From the NCBI GenBank assembly GCA_907165135.1, contig OU015567.1, positions 13,392,001-13,456,000 of the forward strand: a DNA stretch of 64,000 nucleotides. The letters run 5' to 3'. The stretch is from Oikopleura dioica (lineage: Eukaryota > Animalia > Chordata). The notes under the pieces are model-generated. The model was not told the origin of the DNA, did not search any database, and worked only from the letters and a program-made list of their open reading frames with translations. The stretch's first letter is position 1; each line of letters opens with the position of its first letter. Made by a program: the position numbers and the translations under genes. Shown piece by piece: positions 12,562 through 25,100 of this stretch.

Positions 12562-13904
12562 ATGAAGCTTTCTATTGCTCTTGCAAGTGCTGTATTTGCG
12601 GATACGCAGTGTACCTCGAAAGGAGGAACTTGCACTGACTATCGATACACGACATGTTACGCTGGTTACGAGAGATATATTTGTAATGGTGACAGCAACC
12701 GTCAGTGCTGTCTTTACTGCTCGCCAACTTGTGAAGCTAAAGAGGAACTTGACTCAGCCGGCGATTCGAGGTAAGACTAAAATTTTTGAGAACTGAAATC
12801 AACGAGGACTCACCCTTCTTCTTACAACCTTCAAAATTGAATAAGGTGCACAGCAGCTGGTGGCGAGTGTAAGCACAATACGAACTACTGCAACGGAACC
12901 TACCAATCTGGTCTTTGCGGTGGCGGTGCTTCTAGACAGTGCTGCACCGGAAAGGTAAGAGAAGATCTCATTTTGCAGTTGTTACTCTTCCAGGAGGATC
13001 CAGATCCACCAGTTGACGTTGGAGGTGATTATTTCAATCGTTACTACGGTTACAAGCTGGGTGGAAAAATCAGTGGTGAAGATTTTTCGTCATTGAGCTC
13101 AGCGAAGAATAGATGCTCGACCCTTGGCTCCAGCTGTTCTGGAGTTGTGAATGACTACGCAGGACACTATTATTTGTCAACGAGCTATACATTCAGTTCG
13201 GCAAGTGGACAGACCACTTACGAAAAAGGCGAGAAGGAACGCGTCATTACTGTTTTGAAATTGCTCTAAAATAGATTCAAAGCAGCGTTCATCTCATAAA
13301 AGTGGTCGGCAAGATTCGTCCCTCGAGTAGAATGGGAAGCCAGAAGCCCAACTGGTGTAACTAACTTCCAACTTCCAGCACGGCATGGACTGATTGGTCA
13401 TCACACTGCTGGTTCTCACTGTAGCGACAAGGCTTCCTGTATCAGCAATATGAAGGGCACTCAAAACTATCACATGGACTCTTTAGGATGGTCCGATATT
13501 GGATACCAGTTCCTCATTGGAGAAGACGGTCGCATCTATGAGGTAAATTTTCTATCATTTTCGATCATTCTATGAGACAGGGGCGAGGTCAATGGCGACA
13601 AGGAGCTCACTGTAGCAACTGGAACTCGAACACAATTGGCTTCTCGGTCATGGGCAACTTCAGCAACCGTCTTCCGAACCAAAACGCTCTTGATGCTGTG
13701 GATGAGCTCATTGCCTGGCTAGAGCGAAAGAATTATGTGAACAAGAACTGCTACGAGTTCGCCGGTCACCGAGACAAGAATGCAACTGTGTGTCCAGGAG
13801 ATCCTCTCTATGGTAATTTTTAATGCTGATATAGAAGTAATATTCGAACCGTTTTAGCTCACTGGGGATCTGGAAAATATCCATTTTGGCATAGAAAGTG
13901 CTAA
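12562..13904 (+). CDS. PGRP: Secreted peptidoglycan recognition protein (predicted Zn-amidase) with two N-terminal six-Cys defensin-like repeats and a small Cys module
   Basis: Signal peptide MKLSIALASAVFA. Amidase_2 motifs FVPRVEWEAR, HHTAG, WSDIGYQFLIGEDGRIYE/GRG, GAHC, IGFSVMGNF, GHRD, TVCPG with Zn ligands H/H/C and the catalytic Tyr present. Last exon AHWGSGKYPFWHRKC* ends at 13904. Confidence 0.9.
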
Positions 13905-14035
13905 ATCGAATGAAATTAAGAATAAAATATTTTGTCTTTGGAACGAGTAAGGATTTATTCTTTCATGTACGGACAAAACATTTGAAACAAAATATAAAAA
14001 TGGTGAAGTACAGGTAAAGAGGGATGGGTCGATTT

Positions 14036-15036
14036 CTAATGCTGCTTGACTTTGTTCTTCTGTTCTAAAAATTGCTCCAATGAGCGAATTATGCTCTTGT
14101 TCATTCTGCCGTCGAGGTGTTTGACGCGGTAGCCGTTGTCGATTAAAAGTTGTTGCAGAACGATTGTGGTCTTGTATCCCCATCGACCTTGATTGAAGTT
14201 TAGAGACACGAAATGCATTGGATAGCTACCTGGCTTGGAGTTATATTTGTCGTTGAAGTCACGAGTGAACGCAACCCGCGCGTCTTGGTCGTGGAGGAAC
14301 TGTCGGAAAGCTAAAGATACAATGTCAAATTGAATAATTAACAAGGCCGTCTAGGTAGACATTAATTTGATGTAAGAAAAGCTTTGATGTACTTTCTCAC
14401 CTTTGATGACGGCTGAGGACCATCCGCCTGAAACTGAACTTGGTGATAGATAACCTTCGTCCTTCAAGAAGTCTTGCAAGAGTCCTATCGAATTGTAGCC
14501 GAATCTAAAGCAAATTGACGATTTAAAACTTTGCTTTATTTTACCTCGAGCCTGGCGTAACGCGGTGCTTAGATTTCCTCGCGGAATCTTGCATCATCAA
14601 GAACCTTTGTAGCGACTCCCTTGTGTTGGTGCCAAAGATACCGCATGGCTTCGCGTCGGGGTAGATTCTGAGGTCGTACATGAAGTTTTGAAGAGTTCCA
14701 ATCATCAGCGAGTTGAAAAGATCGTTGACTGGAAGTCGTCCCTTCTCAGAAAGAAATTCTTTCAACGAGTTGATAGAGCGCCAGTCGAATTCATCTGATG
14801 ATGGTTTCGTTTTAATTGTTCTTATGGTAGAATAATATTTTGATAAAATTGTTCATCGCTTACCCTAATTCATATTCTCTGTCGAGGAAAATTGTCAAAC
14901 TGTTCTTCAATTCTCTACTGAGCTGCAGCTCTGGATCGAAACTCGTACTTCGGATTCTTCTGGAGCTTCTTCGTTTGCTTCTGCTTCTGCTCGCCTCAAC
15001 AGAAAACAGCAAAACGCAAAGTTTATAAAAAATCAT
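14036..15036 (-). CDS. Secreted 275 aa protein built from about 7 peptidoglycan-binding-domain-like (PGBD) repeats
   Basis: Four exons (15036-14864, 14820-14545, 14504-14401, 14310-14036) joined by GT-AG introns, 828 nt in frame. Signal peptide MIFYKLCVLLFSVEA. Repeats include FGTNTRESLQRFL, FGYNSIGLLQDFL, WSSAVIKAFRQFL, WGYKTTIVLQQLL and MNKSIIRSLEQFL. The PGBD assignment is by motif resemblance only. Confidence 0.75.
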
Positions 15037-15599
15037 AATTGTTGTATTTAAAATAGCCTAGAGAAAAACTGTAACCAAGAGGAAAATTAAATTTCAAAAT
15101 TTCTATTCCTTCGGGATCAGTTTTGAGGAGAGCTTCCTGCCTGCCCCGTCTATTATACCGGCGCCCTCGGAGAAAGAGAAAAGAAAAATAAACAAAAAAT
15201 CTGAGGGGCACGATGAACTTTGTCCGTTAGACGTAAATTCAATTCAAGGGCACGGTTCAAACTAGAATTCGCCGCACAAAAGTGAAGAATCCGTCGAGAG
15301 TTCCATAGAAACAATGAAACGACGAGTTAAATGCGCGTAAAACGACGGAGAATCTGTGAAATATTTCGTCATGCGGCGCTGGAAATTTGTTCTGATTGGT
15401 GTTTGAGAAGGCCAGCGCTCCGAAAAAAGGGTTGGGCTGCATTCGTAAAAACTTCTTACGATATAACGCCTTTCAACTGAATAGCCGATGAATTATTTTT
15501 GGCGAGACATTTTACAAGCTTTCAAAATGCCCTGATCATAAGAATATTTATTTATCATCTTCAGATCCTAAATCTGACGTATTCCTACGAAAGACTCTT

Positions 15600-16720
15600 G
15601 TACCTCCATCAATCAAAATAAAAGTAATATTTCAGCAGTATTTCTAAAGAGAGATCTAAAAATAAACTCAACCTAAGGTGATACTTCCTCACCATCGATC
15701 AACCGATTTTAGCATCACAAGTTCATGCCGCAGGTTCTCAACCCTCATTTGGTAATTGATCGAGGGTCTATCTTCGTGGTCTAATGTGTACTGAGAGTCT
15801 CAGTCTGAGAGACAGTAGTGTTTCGCCTTCAAGCTGTTATTTTCATAAAATCTTGCCGTCAGAAGTTCTGGCCCAAGAGTATCCTGAACTTCTTCGTCAG
15901 ATAAAAGTTCTATCCTCACCAAAGCTGTCTAATTCCCTGACAGGGACATCTAACTAATGGACTTTCATTGAATATGCAAGCATCATTTATAAGACTATAA
16001 AGCAGCTGTGCACTATGGTTCTCTTTCAAGCCCGGATTTGAAATGTGCTCGTTCAAAAGTACGGTTATAAAATTTTTGATCGGCAGCTTTCTTTTTGAGC
16101 TTACCATTGGAAACATGCACGACTTAGGACAATCTGACCATGTGGGAGTACTTGATAAGTTTTTCACAAAATTCAAAGAATGTGAAGACGGTAGATTGCT
16201 ATCTTCTCTTCCTTGATTTCGAATCAATTTTCAGAGGCGCTAGAATTCCACGAGAATAAAATAATCCCGTCCACATACAACCAGATAATCGAAGAGTGCG
16301 ATGAGCTTGCCCGAAACTATGCTATCGGAGAGGAACACGTTTTTGTTATGGGCAAACGTCAGAGAAAAGAGAAAATCAACGATTAATACTATTGACTCTT
16401 AGAACTGTATCCTCACACTTTAGATCCATCACCCCCAGTGTTGACAATAAAGAAAAGGTTTACGATCTCGCTTGATCCTTTCTGTTTTCCTTCCGGCTGT
16501 GCGTCTACATCATATTTTGCTCGACTACAGAATACTCGCAGAAGAAACAGAGTCACAGTAGTCGTTTCCACAGCTCGTATATTGCGAGAAAATTGGTAGT
16601 GCGAGCGGAGTTTTTGATGGAGATGATTTGATGAACGTATTTCATGTCTTCGCGCGGCATGAATCTCTTTCTCACTTGTTCTGCCTGGATGAGTCTGGTG
16701 TTCGCCAGGTCTACTCACGA
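15600..16720 (-). CDS. Possible unidentified multi-exon gene; boundaries approximate
   Basis: Several protein-like open segments (e.g. LVRIELLSDEEVQDTLGPELLTARFYENNSLK, NVFLSDSIVSGKLIALFDYLV) and GT donors, but no complete model could be assembled. Confidence 0.25.
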
Positions 16721-17208
16721 CCGAGGTGAACTTTTATTGAAATGTCGATGTTTTAAGGGGTGCATTGTGATTTTTGCGAAAATATGCGCTCTACGAATCT
16801 TTGCCGAAAATTTTATTATTTTTTAATTTGTCGGAATCAAGGAAGACTCCCTAGTAGGTAGTCCTAAGCATAGGCAAATCATAGTTAGATTTAAGCCCTG
16901 ATGAAATGTGTAGATTCCACTTCTGAAGTTCACCTATGATCCCCTTTAACTTTGCTTTCGTCAGTTTTCGCGAGGTCAGCTTTTTGAGCCGTTCGCTGGG
17001 CTGGGCTAGCCATTAATGAAGGTGTTAGCTATAATCTATCACTGTGGTGACATTGAGCTATTAGTTGGTGCCTTATCTTTGCAAGTGTTCTCCTGATCAT
17101 TCGAGGATCCGCACTTTTGACTCTGAGGGGCCAGCATTTTTTTAATCAAAAGAGAGAAGTGAATACTGAATAAAATGAGCGATAATAAACTCGGAATCTT
17201 CTCATATT

Positions 17209-19990
17209 TTGCAGAAATCGATGCTGATGGTTCTGGATTACTTGATAGAGAAGAAGTCCGAGGTAAAATATACAGTTTATTACAGTATATGCTTCCTAAG
17301 TTTGTCGTTGATAAAATTCACTATAATGATCCTTGTGATAAATTTTATCCTTAGGATTGGCAAAGAATTTTTATGGCGAGAGCTTCGAGAAACTAGGCGA
17401 CAAAGTCGACAAAATCTTTGACATCTATGATGTCGATGAAAGTGGAGAGCTGAGCTACCAAGAAGCACGCTGCTTTTTGAAGGGCATTCAAGAATTCCTC
17501 GAAGATGATCCCGATATAAGCGAAGAACAGAAAGAAAAAATAGCAAAGGAAGCGGTCATCTCTTAAGCTTTTTAGGGACATAAACACCTCTATTTCTTAG
17601 ATAAGTTATAAGTTAAGTTAAGTTATTTTTATTGCATCAGGCTATTAGCACGATTCTTGCGGTAGGTCCTTTTAGAACTGTCTAGCCAAGATCTTTTTTA
17701 AAATTATGTGATACCGTCGAAGTGCTTGGAATTGGGGAGCATCATGTGCGATGATCCAGAAGGTGAACTGGAGAAAAAAGCTGCCAAGGCAAGATCTGAG
17801 CTTTCTCGACTCGTGAAGCTCGAACAAAATTCGCTGGGAGAAAATGGAGAAGTTTTCGGCCCTGATGGAAAACCTATGCTCGGTCCGGATGGAAAACCAA
17901 TTCGCGTTGTTGATGGTATCATTGTTGATGAGAATGGAAACGTAAAAAGATATCTTTGAAAATATATTTTATGAGATTATTAAGCCAGTGCTTGGAGCTG
18001 ATGGAAAACCGCTTCGATTCGTGAAGCCTGGGGTTCTTGTGGATTCATCGGGGCGACTTATGGGTCCAGATGGACAGCCGAAGCTGGGGCCAAATGGCGA
18101 GGCGTTGGAAATTGTCGATGGACTTGCGATCCGCGCAGATGGAGTAGTCCTTGGCGCTGATGGAAAACCAATGCTTGATGAATTCGGAAATCCTATTCGA
18201 TATATAAATGGACAATTTGTTCGGTCCGATGGCACTGTTGTCAATGCTGATGGATCAGTTAAACTTGGCGAAGATGGGCAACCACTAAAGGCGGAATATA
18301 TTGTCAAACCCTGCTCAAATGACAAAGGAGAACTGATAGGATTGGACGGAAGAGTTATTCTAGGAAAAGATGGGCATCCACTCAAGAATAGGGATATCAA
18401 GATGAAAGTAGAAACTAGAGCCAATTTTTATGCCTCGATCGCTGTAGAATCTATAAATATATATGAAGCTAATTATCCCGTCATAGGTAGTGGACGGCAT
18501 AGTCGTTGATTCAGAAGGAAATCTCTATGACGCATTTGGTAAGCCTCTGCTTTCTCCCGATGGAAAAGAACTCAAACTCCTGGACGGCATTATAGTTGAT
18601 TCTGACGGATTTGTTTATGATGCTAGTGGGAAACCAATGCTTTCTTGTGATGGAAAACGACTGAGATTCATGAACGGAATGTATGTTGACGAAAATGGAA
18701 TGCTTTATGATAACGAAGGCAATCCAATCCTTGGTCCAGATGGCAAACAATGCCGCTTGGTGGATGGAAAGATCCTTGACTCGAGCGGAAATCCCCTGTT
18801 AGGACCAGACGGAGGACCCCTTCAATTCGTTAATGGCAAGCTAGTGTCTGGTTCAATGGTCTCTGCTGTCTCAAATGAATCCAATTCTTCCTCTCAAGCA
18901 CGAAGATGCAGTACAGTCTCTGGATTCCCCCCTGAAGTTGAACTATCCAGCATTCTTGCTCTGGCGAAAATGGGAGCAGATGGAAAACCTATGCTCGGCC
19001 CTAATGGAGAGCTCCTCGATGCAAATGGATTCCCGATTCTAGGACCTAATGGAGAGCTTCTTGGTGCTGATGGAAAGCCGATTTTGGGCGCTGATGGTCA
19101 ACCTTTGACCAGGGTTAGCGATTATTAAACAGTCTTGATGTAAAGTTTATTTAAACAACCCTGTTCGGACATTCGCTAGTGTGTATGAAAGTGAAGAAGG
19201 CCAGGCTAAACTTGCAGCGATGCAAGAAAACTTTTTACGTAGGTGCCAGGAAGTATCCAAACTTGAAAACTCTCAAGAATCCGCGTCCGAGTCCGACTCG
19301 GAACTTGACGTTATCGTGCATGAGCCTGAAATTGTTGTTGAAACTGTTAAAACCGTGGAAATTACTCCTCCACCCGAAAGCACTGTTCAATCAGTGAAAA
19401 TCGACGACTTTGGTAAGTCGCAAAAAAAGGATTTGATGAATTCTAAATGCTGCCTTCGAGTCTTCATCGCTGCTTTATTTCCATTCTAGCGTGGTCTAGA
19501 ATGTAGAAATACGCCATCGCAGCGTAAGAAGAAACCTTATCAAGACTTGGCGTAACCGTGAAGTCTTGGTAAGAAGCCCTCAAAAGATAAAAATCAATAT
19601 TAGTAATGTGTAACTTTGATGTTACCGGGGACAACAGAGCGGTTCGAAAAAAGCTCTGATCATGCAAATTTTGAAGAATAAAAATATAATCAATTAGTCA
19701 GCCATGATTTAAACATGCACGCGTTTTTGAAATCATGGAAGAGATCATGGAACAAACTTGTTTCTTGAAAAGTTAAATGAATATTCGAGGGAAAAACAAT
19801 CAAATATTCAAATAATAATATGCTTTCTTTCTCACTAATGCTTGATTTGAATTAATGATTGAAGCAATATTCTACCAAATAGTTTCTAACAAGAAACATG
19901 TTTTTTAGAAGTTGACGTGGAAGAACTGATGCGACGCCAACAAGCGGGTCGTTCAAAATCTACAGTTGGATTGTCTGCTTTCGATAAACT
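17209..19990 (+). CDS. EF-hand protein with a long array of G[PA]DG[KQ]P-type repeats; ends approximate
   Basis: EF-hand loops DADGSGLLDREE and DVDESGELSYQE. ORFs 17708-17959, 17988-18509 and 18490-19128 contain more than 20 GxDGxP motifs, followed by an acidic Ser-rich region. Confidence 0.7.
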
Positions 19991-20131
19991 CAAAGTATCA
20001 GTATTCTTGTTCGGCCAATTTCAATAAGAAGTTGAAAACTTAAAACCAAAAACCCCCCTTTTTTTAGCTCATTGGAAAGAGCATGAAAAGTTATTCCAGA
20101 AAAAATAGTTTTGTATGCTGAGTCATGTCCG

Positions 20132-20477
20132 ATGACGTCACAGACATTGATTGAAGTTCCAAAAGTCCCAAAACTTTCGGACGCTCTCATTTTTATTCTA
20201 CTGAAGGAAAATTAGAGCTCGAAGATGAAAAATGATCGTCTTACGCTCCTTTATGCAGGCCTGCAAAAATAAATCTTATCAATAATGTAAAACTATTTTT
20301 TCTAGAGATGTAAAAATTTTTTCGACTCAAATTTTTTTCATTTTTGGTTGCCTGCGTAGAGTGGCCTAAGACGGTCAAAACCCTGTATCTAATGTTTTTT
20401 TCCGAAAAATATTTTAGGAATAAGAGCGTCCGAAAGTTTAGAAAATCTGGGACTTTAGTCATCGATAATGACGTCAT
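20132..20477. repeat. Degenerate inverted repeat, possible old MITE
   Basis: AAACTTTCGGACGCTCT (20171-87) pairs with AGAGCGTCCGAAAGTTT (20423-39). AAAGTCCCA pairs with TGGGACTTT, and ATGACGTCA pairs with TGACGTCAT at the outer ends. Confidence 0.55.
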
Positions 20478-20631
20478 AATCTATGACTAAGTCACTTTAC
20501 CTAATGTTTTCTAGTGTAACTTTTTATGGGGATTCCAATCAGACAATAAAAAGGGGGGCTTAGGATTTGAAATTTCTACTCCTTATTAAAATTGGCCTTC
20601 ATATTTTTATGTATATTTTAATTAGAAAAAG

Positions 20632-20854
20632 ATGGAAATGAAAGAAGATGTCAACGATGGATTCTCAAAAATCTTGGGTATTTTCCGACCCAGACCAACA
20701 ATTACCGAAAGACCCAACACGAAAGACAAGTGGTTCCGAGATCCAAATACATTGGTAAACAGTTGACGAGTAATGATCTGAAAAAATATATTTTCAGCAA
20801 TGGGTCTCCATTCAACAAGTCGATGCACTCGCTGCTGCTACTGCTACTGCTTAA
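20632..20854 (+). CDS. Possible 59 aa two-exon protein of unknown function
   Basis: ATG 20632, GT-AG intron 20755-20797 (43 nt) joins in frame to QWVSIQQVDALAAATATA*. Confidence 0.35.
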
Positions 20855-20945
20855 ACATTACCACAAACTACGCATACTACAGTATTATTTGTTGGTTGTA
20901 TATTTCAACAGCATTTTCAATACACAAAACTGTACAGGTCAAACA

Positions 20946-21176
20946 TCAAATTCTCATGACTTTGCATTTGCCGTCGATAACGAGCGACGAGCAGCCGATT
21001 TGAATCGTCGACGGGAGCGTACCGAGCTTGGTAGACAAGTCCATGCAAAATGCGCACATTTTCTTGTTTTCCTCCACTTTTTGAATCAAGCCTCTGTGTC
21101 CTTTGAAGAATCTATGACGGTTGAACGACAGCGAGTCGCAGAAAACAGGGAGTAGAAAAAGTGCGAAGAGATTCAT
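20946..21176 (-). CDS. Small secreted cationic 4-Cys peptide (paralog 1, 76 aa)
   Basis: Signal MNLFALFLLPVFCDS; core KMCAFCM...LPS...GCSSLVIDGKC shared with the neighbouring ORF. Confidence 0.65.
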   Translation of the reverse strand: MNLFALFLLPVFCDSLSFNRHRFFKGHRGLIQKVEENKKMCAFCMDLSTKLGTLPSTIQIGCSSLVIDGKCKVMRI

Positions 21177-21369
21177 TTTAAATTTTATTGACGAAAAAAG
21201 GGACGAGAAGCACATTATATTTGGGTTTTTCGAGGCGCTAAAGGGAATAGACATTGTTAAAGACAAGATGATCTTGTATCGTCAGCATCGAAAAAGATAA
21301 ACTCGATGCATTAAAAATAAGATGAAGTGACCATGTTCCCAGAAATATTTTGGAGCAGCCGACCGATTT

Positions 21370-21648
21370 TCAGTAGCGAGACAGTCTCAATTTCAATCTT
21401 GAATTCTGCATGCATCTTCCATCGTCAAATACTCTTGCACAACTTCGTTTTAGAATACTCGGCATCATCGTTCTATTGTTGCTCATGCAGAAGCCACACA
21501 GTTTTTGAGCTTCTCGTCTTCTAGCGATGAAGCGTTTGTGAGCTGCAGTGAATTTAGCTGAAGAATAAGATCGCCTTTTCAAGTAAAAACCGCTCCTTCT
21601 TGCTTCTACAAGAGAGAAAAAAAGGCTAATTAAAATTATGAATTTCAT
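21370..21648 (-). CDS. Small secreted cationic 4-Cys peptide (paralog 2, 92 aa)
   Basis: Signal MKFIILISLFFSLVEA; Arg/Lys-rich segment; core KLCGFCM...MPS...SCARVFDDGRC. Confidence 0.7.
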   Translation of the reverse strand: MKFIILISLFFSLVEARRSGFYLKRRSYSSAKFTAAHKRFIARRREAQKLCGFCMSNNRTMMPSILKRSCARVFDDGRCMQNSRLKLRLSRY

Positions 21649-22145
21649 ATTTTGATGAAAAATGTGAGTAAAACATTCTTTTATGCTGCTTATTTGTGGC
21701 GCTCAAGAGTTTCGGCCTCAGAAAAATGAATCCTGTGAAATGTAATTTACGGTGAAATGATGATCGTTTGGGATCTTTAAGCACTGGCTTAAAAATTGTG
21801 GAAATACTAGTTGGCTCCTGGTTCATGTCAATGGTGCTCCGTTTTTTTGATTCCTTGATGGAAAAATTATTAAAACGAATCATCAAATTCAATTTCCTCA
21901 ATAAAATAAAAGCAGTTTTATCCTAAAACGGGTAGGTTTTTATCAGAGTGCAATAAATTTTTGTTTGCATGTCGTTTTAGAATTTTATTTTTGTAGCTTC
22001 TCTAAATACTCGCAGATAAGGCAGCGTGCGCAAATGTCAGCTCGGTAAAGCAAGAAAATGTGAACGAGCATGTTTTCCAGATTCTTATTCATCAATTCAA
22101 AGAGAAAGAAATAAAGTTGTAAAACAAAAATTTTCAACAAAGTCG

Positions 22146-25100
22146 ATGACTCTGTCCGACACTCTGGATGTTCAGGAGGATGGGAAGCAAAGATTACCTT
22201 CTTCGTCGTCAGAGATAAAGAGCTCAGATGCAGAAAGAAGATCAATTTTGAAAACACCGACAGTTACTAGGTCTGGTTTAGAAAATTTGATATTTTTGGA
22301 AATAATTTTTTTCTGATCAATAATGAACCATGAGCAGTGAAACGGGCGAATACCCAAGTATTCAGTACGACACATATCTGCCTCCTGACGTCCAGACAGA
22401 GCTAGAAGAAGCACTGAAGGATAATCCAGAGGGGTATTCGCAGGACCCTGACAGCATTCACATTGAAGTGGTGGAAGATGCGCCCGTGGAAACAAATAAT
22501 CCTGGCCACGAAGCTCCTCTTGGCAGCTTGAGCGAGCTGGCAGATGCGCACGATGATGTTTTTGATGAAAGCGAAGAAGTCAAGGATGAAATAAAAATTG
22601 AGCAAAAGAAGTCGCTAGAAGAAATAATATCGGCAAAGGAGAAGCGGAGGCGAAATTTACGATTCATCGGAATCAGTATTTTCGGAATTATCGTCGTCTT
22701 AGCTTCGATCGTTTCCGGGGTTTTACTCGGTCGTCAAGGATGTTTGGAAATCACTTCGATGAGCAATCCTATCATCCAGCTTCGAAATGGTCTCCAGCTG
22801 ATCGGCAAGCAGCACGAAAAATACGAAAATGTTTTTGCTTTTTACAGGTAACTCGTGAAACTGTTACGAAATGATTTCATAACATGAGCAGACGAGCGTA
22901 AAATGTGGGTTTTCTAACGGAAGTCTATGGAAACTTTGATGGCGTGAATATTTAGAGAGCAATTGAGTGCGGCTTTGTACAGGGTGACCCTTGAAATTCT
23001 AACAATACAATCTCTAGTGTGCCTTACGCGATGCCTCCAACTGGGGATGGTCGCTTCAAACCCCCTTCTCAAATTCCTTACGTCCAGTGGTTCGATCTTC
23101 ACATTGTTTGGAACGCTACACAATTCATCCATACTTGCTTCCAGCCGAAAATGTCTGAGGACGCTCTTGACTACTTGGAAAGTGAGAGCTGTCTATTCGT
23201 CAATATCTTTACACCGGGTATGATGAAGGGGAATTAATCCGATTACACTTGGCATTGAGCTTAGGTGATAAGAAAATAGCTGAACTCGAGCACGATTATT
23301 ACGTCACGTTAACTAGATAAATTAAATTTCATGAATATTCATATTTTTGTAGCAATGCTGAGCGATGGAACTTCAAACGAAAGCACTGCCAAAAGAAAAT
23401 ATCCAGTTCTTATCGACCTCCACGGCGGGGGATTCATGTCCGGCTCAAGCATGAACAACAATGGGGCTCATCTGGCTAACAAACATCAAATGGTAGTGGT
23501 TCACGCAAACTATCGCTTGGCAGAATTCGGCTATTGGTACTCTGATAATGAGCCGGACGCAGCAAATGCGGGATTTCTGGATCAACAATTGGCTATTGAG
23601 TGGGTAAGATACTGTCTTGGCTATTCAATAATTTGCGTGAACCCTTGTCAAACAAAGTTTCACCGAAATCAAGGGTTTTAATTGTAAACTTTACAAAGTG
23701 ATTATTCCCCTTTTTAATTAATCAAAAGCGTTTGAGCTTTTTTGACCCATAACAAGATAGCACTCAATATTAGGTACATCAACAAATAGACGCTTTTGGT
23801 GGAGAGAGTACAGTGTCTTTTTTGACCAGCCTCTTCCAGCCGGAGCGTCATCTTCCTCGACCGATTCTTTCTGCGAAAAAGAAACTTGCCATTGCAGCGG
23901 AAACTGGTGGCTGTTTTCGAAAAACATCATTCCCCTTTTTAATTAATCAAAAGTGTTTGAGCTTTTTGACCCATAACAAGATAGCACTCAATACTAGGTA
24001 CATCAACAAATTGATGCATTTGGTGGAGATCGTGAAAGAATAACTCTCCTCGGATGCTCTTCCGGTGGCCAATCTGTGCTGGATCATTTATATAACGAGC
24101 GATCTTCAAAAGCCTTTTCACAAGCAATCGTTCTTTCCGCGCCTTCTGGAATTCCCTATCTCAAGAAAGCGCAAGCGAATTCGCAGGTTAGCAAAAATAA
24201 ATAGGGTTGAACGTCTTCGCGTCAAATTTTATCGCAACTTGGAAAAAAAGACAAGTAATAGGTGCAATAAAATCAAACAAGACCCCGCTATGTTAATATT
24301 AGCCCTAAAAATTTTTGTAACGATTTTTTTTCTTCAGTACTCCGTTATTGCCGCTAACGTGTCCTGCTGCAATAATGGGAGAACGCTAAGTTCGGAGCTG
24401 AATATCACATCAGAGTACGATCGATGTTTAAATTTTCCGACGGATACAAGTGGTCAGAATATGACGTGTCTCCGGCGGAAAAGTCCATACGTACTTCGAG
24501 ACGCATCGTTCACTGCTTCCACGATTCTAGGAGGACTTCTTCATTCACTGCGTCAATCAATCTTTGAGCCGTTTCTTCCGGTTTTGCACAGTGAGACGAT
24601 CAGGGATAATTCATACACACTTCTCAAAAACGAAGAATTTCCATCAAAGAAGAGCGTTATCTTCGAAGTAACAGCGGAAGAATCTCAACCCTTCCTCAAC
24701 AAATTCGTGCATGAAATTTTCCCATCTGACAATTTGACACTTTTGGCGGAACTATGGCCCGAGCGAATTCTTAGAAGTTATTTCGACGACAATTGGGCGG
24801 CTGTTGCTGATATCTATAGGTAAAGTAGCAATAGGAAAAGTTTACTGGACTGTTAAACAGTTTTATTTTTACAGCAAACACTGTGGTTACGGTTCTGTCT
24901 CGGAGAAAAGTGCGTGTTCGTTAATGGATCAGGCAAAACAATTTTACACGGACTATTTGTTCACTTGCAACCAAAGGTCTTTTATGAACCAATTGGCTTC
25001 GCGTAACAATCCAAGTAAGGCAGAGCTAAAAAAGAAACTCTCAAAGCCCTCCACTAGAGTTGACGTACAGTGTCTTTTTCGACCAGCCTCTTCCAGCCGG

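Noticed and set aside
21626-21901. ORF upstream of the cationic peptide pair as a possible third paralog
   Set aside because: Lacks a signal peptide and the four-Cys motif.
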